A DNA stretch of 63,775 nt, filler included, from Deltaproteobacteria bacterium (GTDB lineage: Bacteria > JAUYMQ01), in assembly GCA_030698575.1 (NCBI GenBank). It is 14 parts of 14 records of this genome, joined end to end, with 100 filler letters (N's around TTAATTAATTAA, not from the genome) between each part and the next. Parts side by side here need not be neighbours in the genome. Positions count along the whole stretch, not along the records: positions 1 to 9,731 come from JAUYMQ010000419.1; 13 more parts are not named here. One strand, 5' to 3'. Position 1 is the first letter of the stretch; every line of letters starts with the position of its first letter. The notes under the pieces are model-generated. The model ran no database searches and was not told the DNA's origin. It worked only from the letters and a program-made list of their open reading frames with translations. Below are positions 1 through 8,417 of this stretch, piece after piece. The translations under genes were made by a program, and so were the position numbers.

Positions 1-1
1 C

Positions 2-811
2 TGGACGATGGAAAAGAAACGCGACCAGATCATTCAGGCAATGGGCGCAGTCGAGGCATCCGGCACGTACTACAACTACGGCGGCACAGAAGGCGCCTAT
101 GGCTCAACTGCAGCTGCAGCTGGGAACATGGATACCTGGAACACCAACAACCAGGATCGCGTGCTGTACGGCAACGCTAAGTCGAACAACAGCTCTGGCG
201 ACCACACCACCTCGCTCGGCACAATCGACACCACGAACGACAAGCTGACCGCCGGGCACATCACGCTGCTGAAGCGCATGGCCGGTCTGGCGCGTCCGAA
301 CATCCGGCCGGTGATGCTCAAAGGCGATGTCCCGTGGTATGTGTTCTTTGTCGGCTCGCTCGGCTTCCGCGACATTTCGGCGGATTCCACGATTGTGCAG
401 GCAAACCGCGAAGCGCGCGACCGTGGCGTCGACAACCCGATCTTCGCCGGCGGTGATCTGATCTATGACGGCGTGATCATCAAGGAGGTGCCGGAAATAG
501 ACATTTTCATCGATGGCGACGGCTCCGGGTCTCCGTGGGACGGCGTATGGGGTGCGAACGCTGCGTCGGCTGATGGCCTGGACAACGGCGGCGACACTGC
601 CAGCCGCATCGGCATCGGGTTCTTTACCGGCGCGCAGGCTGTTGGCTTCGGCATCGGACGGATGGCCTCGTTCAAGCGCCGCAAAGAGGACGACTACGAG
701 CACCTGAGCGGCGTCGGCGTATCGATGAAACACGACGTCAAGAAGCTCTTCTACAACAGCAAGCAGCACGGCATGGTGACGTCTTTCCATTCCGCCGCTG
801 CTGACGCATAA
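2..811 (+). CDS. Major capsid protein, DUF4043/N4-type (5' truncated)
   Basis: Motifs IRPV..YVFFV, AREARDRGVDNPIFAGGDLIYDGVIIKE, GAQAVG, EDDYE..GVGV and KQHGMVT are typical of this capsid family. The frame is open to the window edge. Confidence 0.8.
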   Translation, partial: WTMEKKRDQIIQAMGAVEASGTYYNYGGTEGAYGSTAAAAGNMDTWNTNNQDRVLYGNAKSNNSSGDHTTSLGTIDTTNDKLTAGHITLLKRMAGLARPNIRPVMLKGDVPWYVFFVGSLGFRDISADSTIVQANREARDRGVDNPIFAGGDLIYDGVIIKEVPEIDIFIDGDGSGSPWDGVWGANAASADGLDNGGDTASRIGIGFFTGAQAVGFGIGRMASFKRRKEDDYEHLSGVGVSMKHDVKKLFYNSKQHGMVTSFHSAAADA

Positions 812-822
812 GAGGTGACCTG

Positions 823-1674
823 ATGGCTTCCAATCGGCCTTTACCCGGTGACTTGACCGTCACCGGGATGGATCAGGCATCCATGTACGCATGGATGGCG
901 AACGTCACGGATTTGGTCAACGAATTGCAGACCGATCATGCGGCGAACAAACTCGTGGTGGATGAGCTGGCAACGGATCACGCCACTACGAAAGCCACTG
1001 TTGATGCGGCGCGTACCGCGATCATTGAACTATCCGATGATCACGATACAAACCAGACGCACATGACCAATCTCAAAACCTTGGTCAACAACATGCGCAC
1101 CTACCTGACCGGGGACCGTCTCTTTTCGGGGAATCCGGCGCTTCTCATCGATACCAATTTCGATGTCAAGACCGGAGGGGCGTGCGTGGTGTCAATCGAC
1201 GGGGTGCTGGCAACCGTCGCCGCAAGCGCCAACGCCGACACCGGGACGACAAAGACAATTCCCGCTGCGCAGTGGGGCGTGTTTTTGGTGACCGGAGCGG
1301 CGAACGGCGCATTGACTGCGACGTGGGCTGCGGCTAGCGCCGGGTACGCAAATGAGGCGGCTGCAATTGCTGCCCTGCCTGCGGCTCCCGCGTCTGGAGC
1401 GCCTGTCGGCTATGTCACGGTGCAGGCTCACGCCACCGCCGGATTCACGGCGGGCACGGATGCGCTTCAAACTGGAACAGGCGGCAGCATTTCGCCGGAT
1501 ACCAATTACTACAACCTTGCTGATGCTCTTAGCACCATCACGGCTACGGTATCCACGTCGTCCGAGTCCGCTTTGGGCGCTGCTGATCCTGGCGCCGGCC
1601 CGGCCACGTTGTCGAACACCACCGGTCCCGCGACGCTGGCCAACAGCACCGCACTCACTCTTTTACGTTCTTAG
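823..1674 (+). CDS. Putative head fibre/decoration protein
   Basis: Ala/Thr/Gly-rich with an N-terminal coiled coil carrying repeated EL-x-(T/D)DH. Lies directly after the capsid gene with a GAGG RBS. Confidence 0.5.
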   Translation: MASNRPLPGDLTVTGMDQASMYAWMANVTDLVNELQTDHAANKLVVDELATDHATTKATVDAARTAIIELSDDHDTNQTHMTNLKTLVNNMRTYLTGDRLFSGNPALLIDTNFDVKTGGACVVSIDGVLATVAASANADTGTTKTIPAAQWGVFLVTGAANGALTATWAAASAGYANEAAAIAALPAAPASGAPVGYVTVQAHATAGFTAGTDALQTGTGGSISPDTNYYNLADALSTITATVSTSSESALGAADPGAGPATLSNTTGPATLANSTALTLLRS

Positions 1675-1683
1675 GAGGCCATC

Positions 1684-2181
1684 ATGGCTGATCTGACTTA
1701 TTCGCAAAAAGCAACTGAACGGCATAGCAGCACTGGCCTGGTAACGGGCAAGGGCGACGCCAACGGCCTGAAGGTGCTTGTTTCCTCAACCGTCGAAATT
1801 CCGCCATCCGCATCCGGCGCGACAGTCAAGTTCGGGCGCATCCCGTCCAATGCTCGGCTGTCGGGTATTTCGCGGGTGTATTGGGACGATCTTACGACTA
1901 CGGGAAGTCCTACGCTGGATATTGGCCTGGCTTCGGTCAACGCCAACATCACCAGTGACCCGGACGCGCTGTCGAACGGCCACGCCGTTTCATCGGCTGA
2001 TGCCGACGGGGCGCAAGCGATTGCCGACCCGGCAGAGTTCGGGAAGCCCGCTTACCTGAACGTGAACGGTCAGACGACCGATCCGGGCGGCGAGTTGGAC
2101 GTGTACGGATCCATTGTGGACGCGGCTACGGTGACCAACACCGGGACCGTGACGCTGGAACTGTTCGGGTATCTCGACTAA
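1684..2181 (+). CDS. Putative capsid decoration/cement protein
   Basis: 165 aa beta-rich protein (FGRIPSNARL..DDL..TLDIGL) with an AGGAGG RBS, located after the capsid gene. Confidence 0.55.
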   Translation: MADLTYSQKATERHSSTGLVTGKGDANGLKVLVSSTVEIPPSASGATVKFGRIPSNARLSGISRVYWDDLTTTGSPTLDIGLASVNANITSDPDALSNGHAVSSADADGAQAIADPAEFGKPAYLNVNGQTTDPGGELDVYGSIVDAATVTNTGTVTLELFGYLD

Positions 2182-2256
2182 CCAACAATTCGGGCACGCG
2201 CTCGCCCGCGTGTCGCCGTGGAACGCGGCATTTTCTAACCCTGGCGAGAGGATCAA

Positions 2257-2772
2257 ATGCAAAACGGAGAAAGACTGCATATCGGATGCGGCAACACACG
2301 CATTGAGGGCTTTATCAACATAGACCGCCGCCGTACCGAAGCGACAGACCTGGTGGCGGAAGCGTGGGACCTGGATGTGTTCGACGACGTGAAGTATATC
2401 TACACCCGCCACATGCTTGAGCACCTGAACTGCGCCGACGCGCGGCGGGCGCTCACCGCATGGCGGCGGGCGCTGGCGGCGGACGGGATTCTTCATGTTG
2501 TTGTGCCGGACATCGCCTTTCATGCGCGTCAACTGCTCGGCCTGTCGCGCTCGGACAACGCCGACCAGGAAGCTCACGCCCTCGCCGGGTTTTACGGCTG
2601 GCAGCGGGACATGGAAAACGACGTTCACCGCTGGGGGTACACCCCGGCGAGCCTGGCCCGGTTGCTCGGCGAGCACGGTTTCGCGCCAACTGATGATGGG
2701 ATTAAGGCGTTGATCGACCGCGACACCGCGCCCTGGCACATTAATTTGTGTGCCAGGCCGGAGGCTGCATGA
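2257..2772 (+). CDS. Class I SAM-dependent methyltransferase
   Basis: RLHIGCG SAM motif, INID, HMLEHL and GILHVVVPD. Confidence 0.85.
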   Translation: MQNGERLHIGCGNTRIEGFINIDRRRTEATDLVAEAWDLDVFDDVKYIYTRHMLEHLNCADARRALTAWRRALAADGILHVVVPDIAFHARQLLGLSRSDNADQEAHALAGFYGWQRDMENDVHRWGYTPASLARLLGEHGFAPTDDGIKALIDRDTAPWHINLCARPEAA

Positions 2773-4145
2773 TTCCCGGCGAGCGCCAGGTGGCGCCCAC
2801 GCTGGACGGTATCCGGGCAGACCATACTGCGCGGTATCGGTGGGCTGCAAGGCAATTGCCAGCTGGCAGAAAGGTAATCGACTTCGCTACCGGATGCGGG
2901 TACGGATCGCGCATATTGGCCGACGCCGGCCATGCCGCGCTCGGCTTTGACATAGACGCAGAGGCCATTGAATACGCCAAGAAACACTACGGCTCCAAGC
3001 CGGGGGAGCGTGGCGCGCACTTCGGCATCGCGGACGGCAACAGCCCGGGAGAATTGCTTCCGGCAGACGCCGCGGTTTGTTTCGAGACCATCGAGCACAT
3101 TGAAGACCCACGCCCGCTGCTGAAGGCGCTGGCGAAGTCTGCGCCGCTGCTGTTGGCAAGCGTGCCGAATGAGGATGTTGTCCACTGGGAACGCTCTCCA
3201 GGAGTAAAAACGCGGTTCCACTTCCGGCATTACACGAAGGGCGAGTTTGACGCCCTGCTGCGCGAATGCGGCTGGATTGTCTCGGAATGGTGGGGACAGG
3301 ACGGCACGGAGTCCGATGTCGAACGGGACATTGCCGGCCGGACGCTGATTGCGGTATGCAAGCGTGCAGAAGCGAGTCCGGCTGTAAGGCCGACGAAGAT
3401 CGCCATTGTCGGCGGGGCCCCGAGCAGCGCGCACCTGGCCCCATATGACGACGCGAGCTATGAAATCTGGGTACACGGCAACCAGATCGACCGGCACGCC
3501 GGCAAGCGGGTAACGCGGATTTTCGAGATCCACGATGACCTGAGCGAGCACGGCGACCCGCTGAAGTATGCGCAGATGCTGGTGGACAAGGGCATTCCGA
3601 TGGTTGTCGGTGAGCTTTTCCCGATCAAGGCGGCGCACGTTGAGGTTTATCCGTTCGAGGCCGTGAATCGGTTCATGGGCGAGCACCTGACCAGCACGCC
3701 GGCCTACATGATGGGCTACGCGATGCTGCGCAGCGATGTGAAGGAAATCATGATCTACGGCTGCGACATGGCCGTTGACGATCACGAGTATTTCTACCAG
3801 CGTCCGGTGATGTACGCATGGATCGGGCTTGCGATTGGGCGGGGCATCAAGATCGGAATTCCAAGGGCGTCGTCGTTGTTCAAGGATCCGTACGTCGAGG
3901 GTAGGAAGTCGGGCGGCAAGCCAAAGCTCGGCCTTGGGCCGTTCAGGGAGTCGGAATTCAAGCTCCTACACACGAAGCACGGCGCGAAGATGGCAGAAAT
4001 ACAGGACCAGATTGCGAAGCTGCAGTTGACCTACGCCGCGCACAACGGCTGTCAGCAGACGTATGAAAAGCTCGGCTCGGCAGCTCGAGCGATTGAGTCC
4101 GGGCAGCACATCGAAACCCTCACACAGACGACGGTGGTGATATGA
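2769..4145 (+). CDS. Fusion of a class I SAM methyltransferase and a CstII/Maf(DUF115)-like glycosyltransferase-type domain
   Basis: ATGA overlap with the upstream stop. N-terminal half has HTARY, VIDFATGCGYGS and CFETIEH. C-terminal half (from about 3396) has KIAIVGGAPS, TSTPAYMMGYAM and KEIMIYGCDM. Confidence 0.65.
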   Translation: MIPGERQVAPTLDGIRADHTARYRWAARQLPAGRKVIDFATGCGYGSRILADAGHAALGFDIDAEAIEYAKKHYGSKPGERGAHFGIADGNSPGELLPADAAVCFETIEHIEDPRPLLKALAKSAPLLLASVPNEDVVHWERSPGVKTRFHFRHYTKGEFDALLRECGWIVSEWWGQDGTESDVERDIAGRTLIAVCKRAEASPAVRPTKIAIVGGAPSSAHLAPYDDASYEIWVHGNQIDRHAGKRVTRIFEIHDDLSEHGDPLKYAQMLVDKGIPMVVGELFPIKAAHVEVYPFEAVNRFMGEHLTSTPAYMMGYAMLRSDVKEIMIYGCDMAVDDHEYFYQRPVMYAWIGLAIGRGIKIGIPRASSLFKDPYVEGRKSGGKPKLGLGPFRESEFKLLHTKHGAKMAEIQDQIAKLQLTYAAHNGCQQTYEKLGSAARAIESGQHIETLTQTTVVI

Positions 4146-4450
4146 AATTCGAATTCATCTACAAGACTGATGTTCCAGTGATGTCCTACGGCCGCATGGT
4201 TTCGACCGGCGATATTGTCGAGCTTGAGGGGAACCTGGCCGAGAAAGCAAAGGCGCACGTCACGCATTACAGGCTGCTTACAGAGCCGCAGGACGGCGCC
4301 GCGGCGGCAACCGATGCCGAGCAGCAGGACTACGCACAGCACGGCCTCCCGACCGGATTGGACGAACTGCGCGCGGCTTATGAGGCAAAGTTCGGAAAAG
4401 CCCCGCATCACCGGAAGTCGGCTGAAACGCTGCGCGAGGAGCTTGAATAA
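4142..4450 (+). CDS. Phage hypothetical protein
   Basis: Overlaps both neighbours. C-terminal LRAAYEAKFGKAPHHRKSAETL small helical motif of the kind seen in phage head-region proteins. Confidence 0.6.
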   Translation: MKFEFIYKTDVPVMSYGRMVSTGDIVELEGNLAEKAKAHVTHYRLLTEPQDGAAAATDAEQQDYAQHGLPTGLDELRAAYEAKFGKAPHHRKSAETLREELE

Positions 4451-4650
4451 TGGCGGCTTCCCCCGGTGATTATGACGACGAAGGCGAGCCCGTCTGGACC
4501 CCAAACATTCACGGCAACACCGGGCATGCCGGCTACGTGAGTTCTGAGCGCCGCGGCGAAACAGCGGTTCAGGAGCTGCGCGAGGTCGTCGCCGAGGTCA
4601 CACGCGGGCGCATACCGGCGCCAACCAGGCGCGGGCCTGGATTTTATTAA
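4450..4650 (+). CDS. Phage hypothetical protein
   Basis: TAATG coupling with the upstream ORF; fills the operon gap. Confidence 0.5.
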   Translation: MAASPGDYDDEGEPVWTPNIHGNTGHAGYVSSERRGETAVQELREVVAEVTRGRIPAPTRRGPGFY

Positions 4651-4660
4651 AGGCTAGGCA

Positions 4661-5008
4661 ATGGCAACGAAAGCTGAACTACGCGACCGCGCTGCGAACG
4701 ACCTGGGGCTGTTGCGCCTCGGGCAATCTCTACAGGCGCAGGACGCGACGCGCATCGAGTCGGCCTATGCCGAGGTCTATGCGGACCTGAAAACGGAGGG
4801 GCTGAACGTCTGGGCGTCTACCGGGACCTGCCCGGCCGAATTGACGCCGCACGTCGCCGCGTTGATGGCAGACAACTGCCTGAACACCTACGGCGTATCG
4901 CCGGCACGGTATCAGCGGATCAAGATCGCCGCTGGCAGGGCGAAGCCTGAGATCCGCCGCTTGCTGACCCCTCGCTTTGAGTCCGTAGAAGACGCGACGG
5001 ATTACTAA
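4661..5008 (+). CDS. Head-to-tail adaptor, P22 gp4-like
   Basis: N-terminus MATKAELRDRAANDLG resembles gp4 (TKGDLVRAALRKLG). Immediately precedes the gp10-like gene. Confidence 0.6.
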   Translation: MATKAELRDRAANDLGLLRLGQSLQAQDATRIESAYAEVYADLKTEGLNVWASTGTCPAELTPHVAALMADNCLNTYGVSPARYQRIKIAAGRAKPEIRRLLTPRFESVEDATDY

Positions 5009-6403
5009 ATGCTTGTTCCCATCAATCTGACCGGCGGGACGTACAAGCATCCCTCCCTGCCGCTGAGCGCGCAAGTCACGCGCAATTTCTGGCCGCAGCA
5101 GATCGACAACCAATCTGCGCGGTCTCCCTACATCCTCGAATCGTGGCCGGGGCTGACGTTGTTTGGCGCAGGCTCTGGTGCCGACGGTGGGCAGTTCGAG
5201 CATAACGGCATCCTGTACCACGTCTGCGGAACGACCCTGTACACTGTGGCCGCGGATGGCGCGCATACCTCCCGTGGAAGCATCCTCGGTTCCGGTCCGT
5301 GCATCTTCGACGGCATCGGGCAGGACGTCGTTATCGTGCGCGGCGGCGTGGCGAAGGTTTGGGACGGGACTACGCTCTCGACCGTATCCGGCGTTGAAAC
5401 CCCGAACAGCGCGACGCACATCAACAACCAGATGCTCTACGACGGGGACGAGGGGCGCTTTTGCTCGTCGAATGTTGGGGACGCAGCGACGATCAATGCG
5501 CTCAACTACGCGACCGCGGAAAGTAGCGCCGATGACCTGTTGAGGGTGTTTTCCTTCAACGAGCAGGCCTTGCTACTGGGGAGCAAGACCATTGAACGGT
5601 GGTGGAATTCAGGCGTTGGAAATCCTCCGTTCGATCGCGTGCAGGGCGGGACCATAGAAATCGGGCTGAAGGCCATCTATTCCGTAGCGAGCAATAAGGA
5701 CTCCGTTTACCTCCTTGGGACTGACTTTCGCATCTACCGAATGTCCGAAGGCGGGGCGCTCGCAATCACCGATCGCGCCATGTCGCGCGAATTCTCAGAC
5801 TTCTCTGATGCCTCAGACGCGATTGGCTGGTGCTTCACGAAAGACGATCAGTACTTCTACCAGATCACGTTCCCGACTGCGGACAAGTCATTCGTCTACC
5901 CGGAAGGCGGGCAGTGGTTCGAGGTTTCCTCTGGCATGTCAGGATGCCGAAGCGTCGCCAACTCCTACGCCTACGCATTCGGCAAGCACCTGATCGGCGA
6001 CTATCGCAACGGCAACCTGTATGCGCTGGATGACGACGCGTTCACGGAAAACGGCGAGACGATCCGCAGGGTACGCGACACCGGGCCGCTGCACGGCGGG
6101 CTTGTTCGTGCGCCCGGGAAGACGCTTGAAATGAGTCGCTTCGAGCTGATCATGGAGACCGGCGTCGGCCTGGTTTCGGGTCAGGGCAGCGACCCGGTTG
6201 TCATGTTGTCGTTTTCCGATGATGGCGGCCGGACGTTCTGCACCGAGACCTGGGGCACGGTCGGGCAGCTCGGGGCGTATTTGTGGAAGGTGGAATGGTT
6301 CGCGCTCGGCTCGTTCATGTCGCGGATTATCCGCATCGCCATAACCGATCCGGTTAAATGCTCTATTCACTCGGCCGCTGCTGACGTTGACATAGGAATC
6401 TGA
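5009..6403 (+). CDS. Packaged DNA stabilization / tail hub protein, P22 gp10-like
   Basis: 464 aa beta-rich protein with YATAESSAD, LLGSKTIERW, LIGDYRNGNL and LSFSDDGGRTF..G.Y..KVEWFALG. Confidence 0.85.
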   Translation: MLVPINLTGGTYKHPSLPLSAQVTRNFWPQQIDNQSARSPYILESWPGLTLFGAGSGADGGQFEHNGILYHVCGTTLYTVAADGAHTSRGSILGSGPCIFDGIGQDVVIVRGGVAKVWDGTTLSTVSGVETPNSATHINNQMLYDGDEGRFCSSNVGDAATINALNYATAESSADDLLRVFSFNEQALLLGSKTIERWWNSGVGNPPFDRVQGGTIEIGLKAIYSVASNKDSVYLLGTDFRIYRMSEGGALAITDRAMSREFSDFSDASDAIGWCFTKDDQYFYQITFPTADKSFVYPEGGQWFEVSSGMSGCRSVANSYAYAFGKHLIGDYRNGNLYALDDDAFTENGETIRRVRDTGPLHGGLVRAPGKTLEMSRFELIMETGVGLVSGQGSDPVVMLSFSDDGGRTFCTETWGTVGQLGAYLWKVEWFALGSFMSRIIRIAITDPVKCSIHSAAADVDIGI

Positions 6404-6810
6404 TGATCCCGATTCAGCCTCCGCCGCCGCCAGAAAAGACCGGCAACGCTCAGGTCGACGCCTACCTGACGCGGATTTACAAGTGGGCCTACCTGCTCTG
6501 GTTCTACATGAGCGGGGAAGGCAGAGGGGACGCGGCGATCATCGATTCGTCCACCGGTGGTGCTGGCAGCAGCGCCCTGGCGGCACTTCGCATTCCCGGT
6601 CTTGATGGCGAGGATGGCGAGGACGGGCAAATGGGCCTCCCCGGCCAACAGGGGGCGCAGGGCGTCACTGGCCAGTCAATTCCCGGCCTGGATGGGCAAG
6701 ATGGCGAGGACGGTTTCGTGTTTCAGCAGCGGACCTACGGAGCGACGTTTGGGCCAGCAGCAGTCGCATCAATTACCGTGGTCGATGGTGTTGTCACGGC
6801 TATCTCATAG
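6403..6810 (+). CDS. Small collagen-like virion protein
   Basis: G-X-Y run GLDGEDGEDGQMGLPGQQGAQGVTGQS, then a second IPGLDGQDGEDG. Confidence 0.65.
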   Translation: MIPIQPPPPPEKTGNAQVDAYLTRIYKWAYLLWFYMSGEGRGDAAIIDSSTGGAGSSALAALRIPGLDGEDGEDGQMGLPGQQGAQGVTGQSIPGLDGQDGEDGFVFQQRTYGATFGPAAVASITVVDGVVTAIS

Positions 6811-6818
6811 GGAAGATC

Positions 6819-7190
6819 ATGCAAAACAAGCCTTTCAACTTCGGCCCGGTAGCGTTGACGAACACGCTGACAACGAACATTCTCAACCCGGCCATCACAT
6901 CACTTGCAGGCCCGGTTGGCTTCACGGCGACGCAGCCCTACATCCTCCTGCGCCATATCCGCATTGTGAACAAAACAGCCGGCGCCGTGACGTTTTCGCT
7001 CTGGAAGGGCGCGACTGGCGCGAATGCGGCCGGAACGGAAGTTATCGGCATCGCCAAGAGCATTCCGGCGAACGATTCCTATGATTACTACGGCCTACTC
7101 CGTTTAGACGCTGCCGATTTCCTTGTCGGCGGGGCGAGCGCAGGCACATCATTGAGCATCCAGGGCGAAGGTGAAATTGGGTTTGTGTAG
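6819..7190 (+). CDS. Phage hypothetical virion protein
   Basis: 123 aa beta-rich ORF within the operon. Confidence 0.65.
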   Translation: MQNKPFNFGPVALTNTLTTNILNPAITSLAGPVGFTATQPYILLRHIRIVNKTAGAVTFSLWKGATGANAAGTEVIGIAKSIPANDSYDYYGLLRLDAADFLVGGASAGTSLSIQGEGEIGFV

Positions 7191-7602
7191 CATCGGCGCG
7201 CCGAGCGCTGATGAAATAAAGCGCGTCCTGCTCGACCCTGAAATCTGGGAGCGCGAGACCGACGATCACTGCGGGCCGGCTTCATCGTTTCCCGGGCTAC
7301 CGGACACTGTGCGGTGTCTCGGCGGGTACGTCGAGGATGCGATTATCGGGCTTGCCATGACGCACAAGACCGAGGTCGGCACCAAGATCCATTTCGCTGT
7401 GTTGCGGCCCTACAGGGCGCACGCAAGAGCGTTCCTGATGCGTGCCCTAGAGATTCTTGGCCCGGTGTACTGCGATATCCCGGAGTGCTACCGAGCAGTC
7501 ATCAATTTTGCGCTGCATGCCGGATTCGTTGCGACCGGGCGCGCGGGGCGTTACTTGAAACACGGAATCAGCCATCAAAGGACGCGGCTATGTCGATCAT
7601 AA
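7171..7602 (+). CDS. GNAT-like protein, P22 gp14/DUF2824-like
   Basis: IHFAVLRPYR..IPECYRAVINFALHAGF motif. Sits between tail and ejection genes, as in P22. Confidence 0.6.
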   Translation: MKLGLCSIGAPSADEIKRVLLDPEIWERETDDHCGPASSFPGLPDTVRCLGGYVEDAIIGLAMTHKTEVGTKIHFAVLRPYRAHARAFLMRALEILGPVYCDIPECYRAVINFALHAGFVATGRAGRYLKHGISHQRTRLCRS

Positions 7603-8417
7603 GTGACCTGTTTGGCGGTGGAGACGCGGCTGACGCATCCAAGGAGGCCGCTGGAGTACAGTCCGCGGCAACGCAAGAGGCGACAGCGTTCCAGCGGGAA
7701 GCGCTTGCGACAACGCGGGCAGACCTGCAGCCGTTTCGTGCGGCCGGCGAGGCCGGGCTGCCGGGTCTCAGCAAGAGCGTTTCCAGCCTGTCGGATCTGG
7801 CGAACGATCCGAATAAGCAGGTCTCCCTCGTCAAGGACAATCCATTCTTCAAGCTACTCGCCGATGACGCGCAGAGCAGGCTCTTCGCCAACCAGGCGGC
7901 CAAGGGCAAGGTCGGATCAGGCGAGACCGCCAAAGCCCTGCAAAACAGCCTGCTCCTGCTTGGCCAGGACTTGCTCAATCAGGACGTGAACCGCAAAAAC
8001 ACGGCCATCAATCAGCAGTTCAACCTCGCCACGTTGGGCGCGAACGCAGCGGCGAGGCAGGGAACAGCGACGGCGAACACGGCGAGCAATATCTCAAATC
8101 TTGCAACAGAGGGCGCAAACGCTACCGCCGCCGGGATTGTCGGCGCCGCGAACGCGAAGACCGCGGCAACCAATTCGGCAATCAACACCGGAATGTCGGC
8201 CGCGGCTTTGTTCCTGTCGGATAAACGGCTGAAAACAGACATCCGCAAGCTCGGGAAGGACGACATAGGCCTGAACGTCTACGCCTTCAAGTACAAGGGC
8301 GACGACAAGCGGCGCGTCGGCCACATGGCGCAGGATGTGGAGAAGAAATTCCCCGATGCGGTGAAGACCATCCGCGATATCAAGTTCATCGATTACGGAG
8401 AACTCCATGCCAATTGA
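7590..8417 (+). CDS. DNA ejection protein (gp7-like) with C-terminal peptidase S74-type domain
   Basis: Starts MSIISDLFGG, Ala/Gln/Gly-rich body with LQPFRAAG. C-terminus has SDKRLKTDI..YAFKYK..GHMAQDVE..FPDAV..IDY. Confidence 0.75.
   Translation: MSIISDLFGGGDAADASKEAAGVQSAATQEATAFQREALATTRADLQPFRAAGEAGLPGLSKSVSSLSDLANDPNKQVSLVKDNPFFKLLADDAQSRLFANQAAKGKVGSGETAKALQNSLLLLGQDLLNQDVNRKNTAINQQFNLATLGANAAARQGTATANTASNISNLATEGANATAAGIVGAANAKTAATNSAINTGMSAAALFLSDKRLKTDIRKLGKDDIGLNVYAFKYKGDDKRRVGHMAQDVEKKFPDAVKTIRDIKFIDYGELHAN

Noticed and set aside
2257-4145. Phage DNA methyltransferases (anti-restriction)
   Set aside because: No DPPY/NPPY or PCQ catalytic motifs. The motifs and the position in the late operon fit small-molecule or glycan methyltransferases.
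7314-7589. N-terminal extension of the ejection protein ORF
   Set aside because: It overlaps the gp14-like gene. The plausible start is MSIISDLFGG at 7590.
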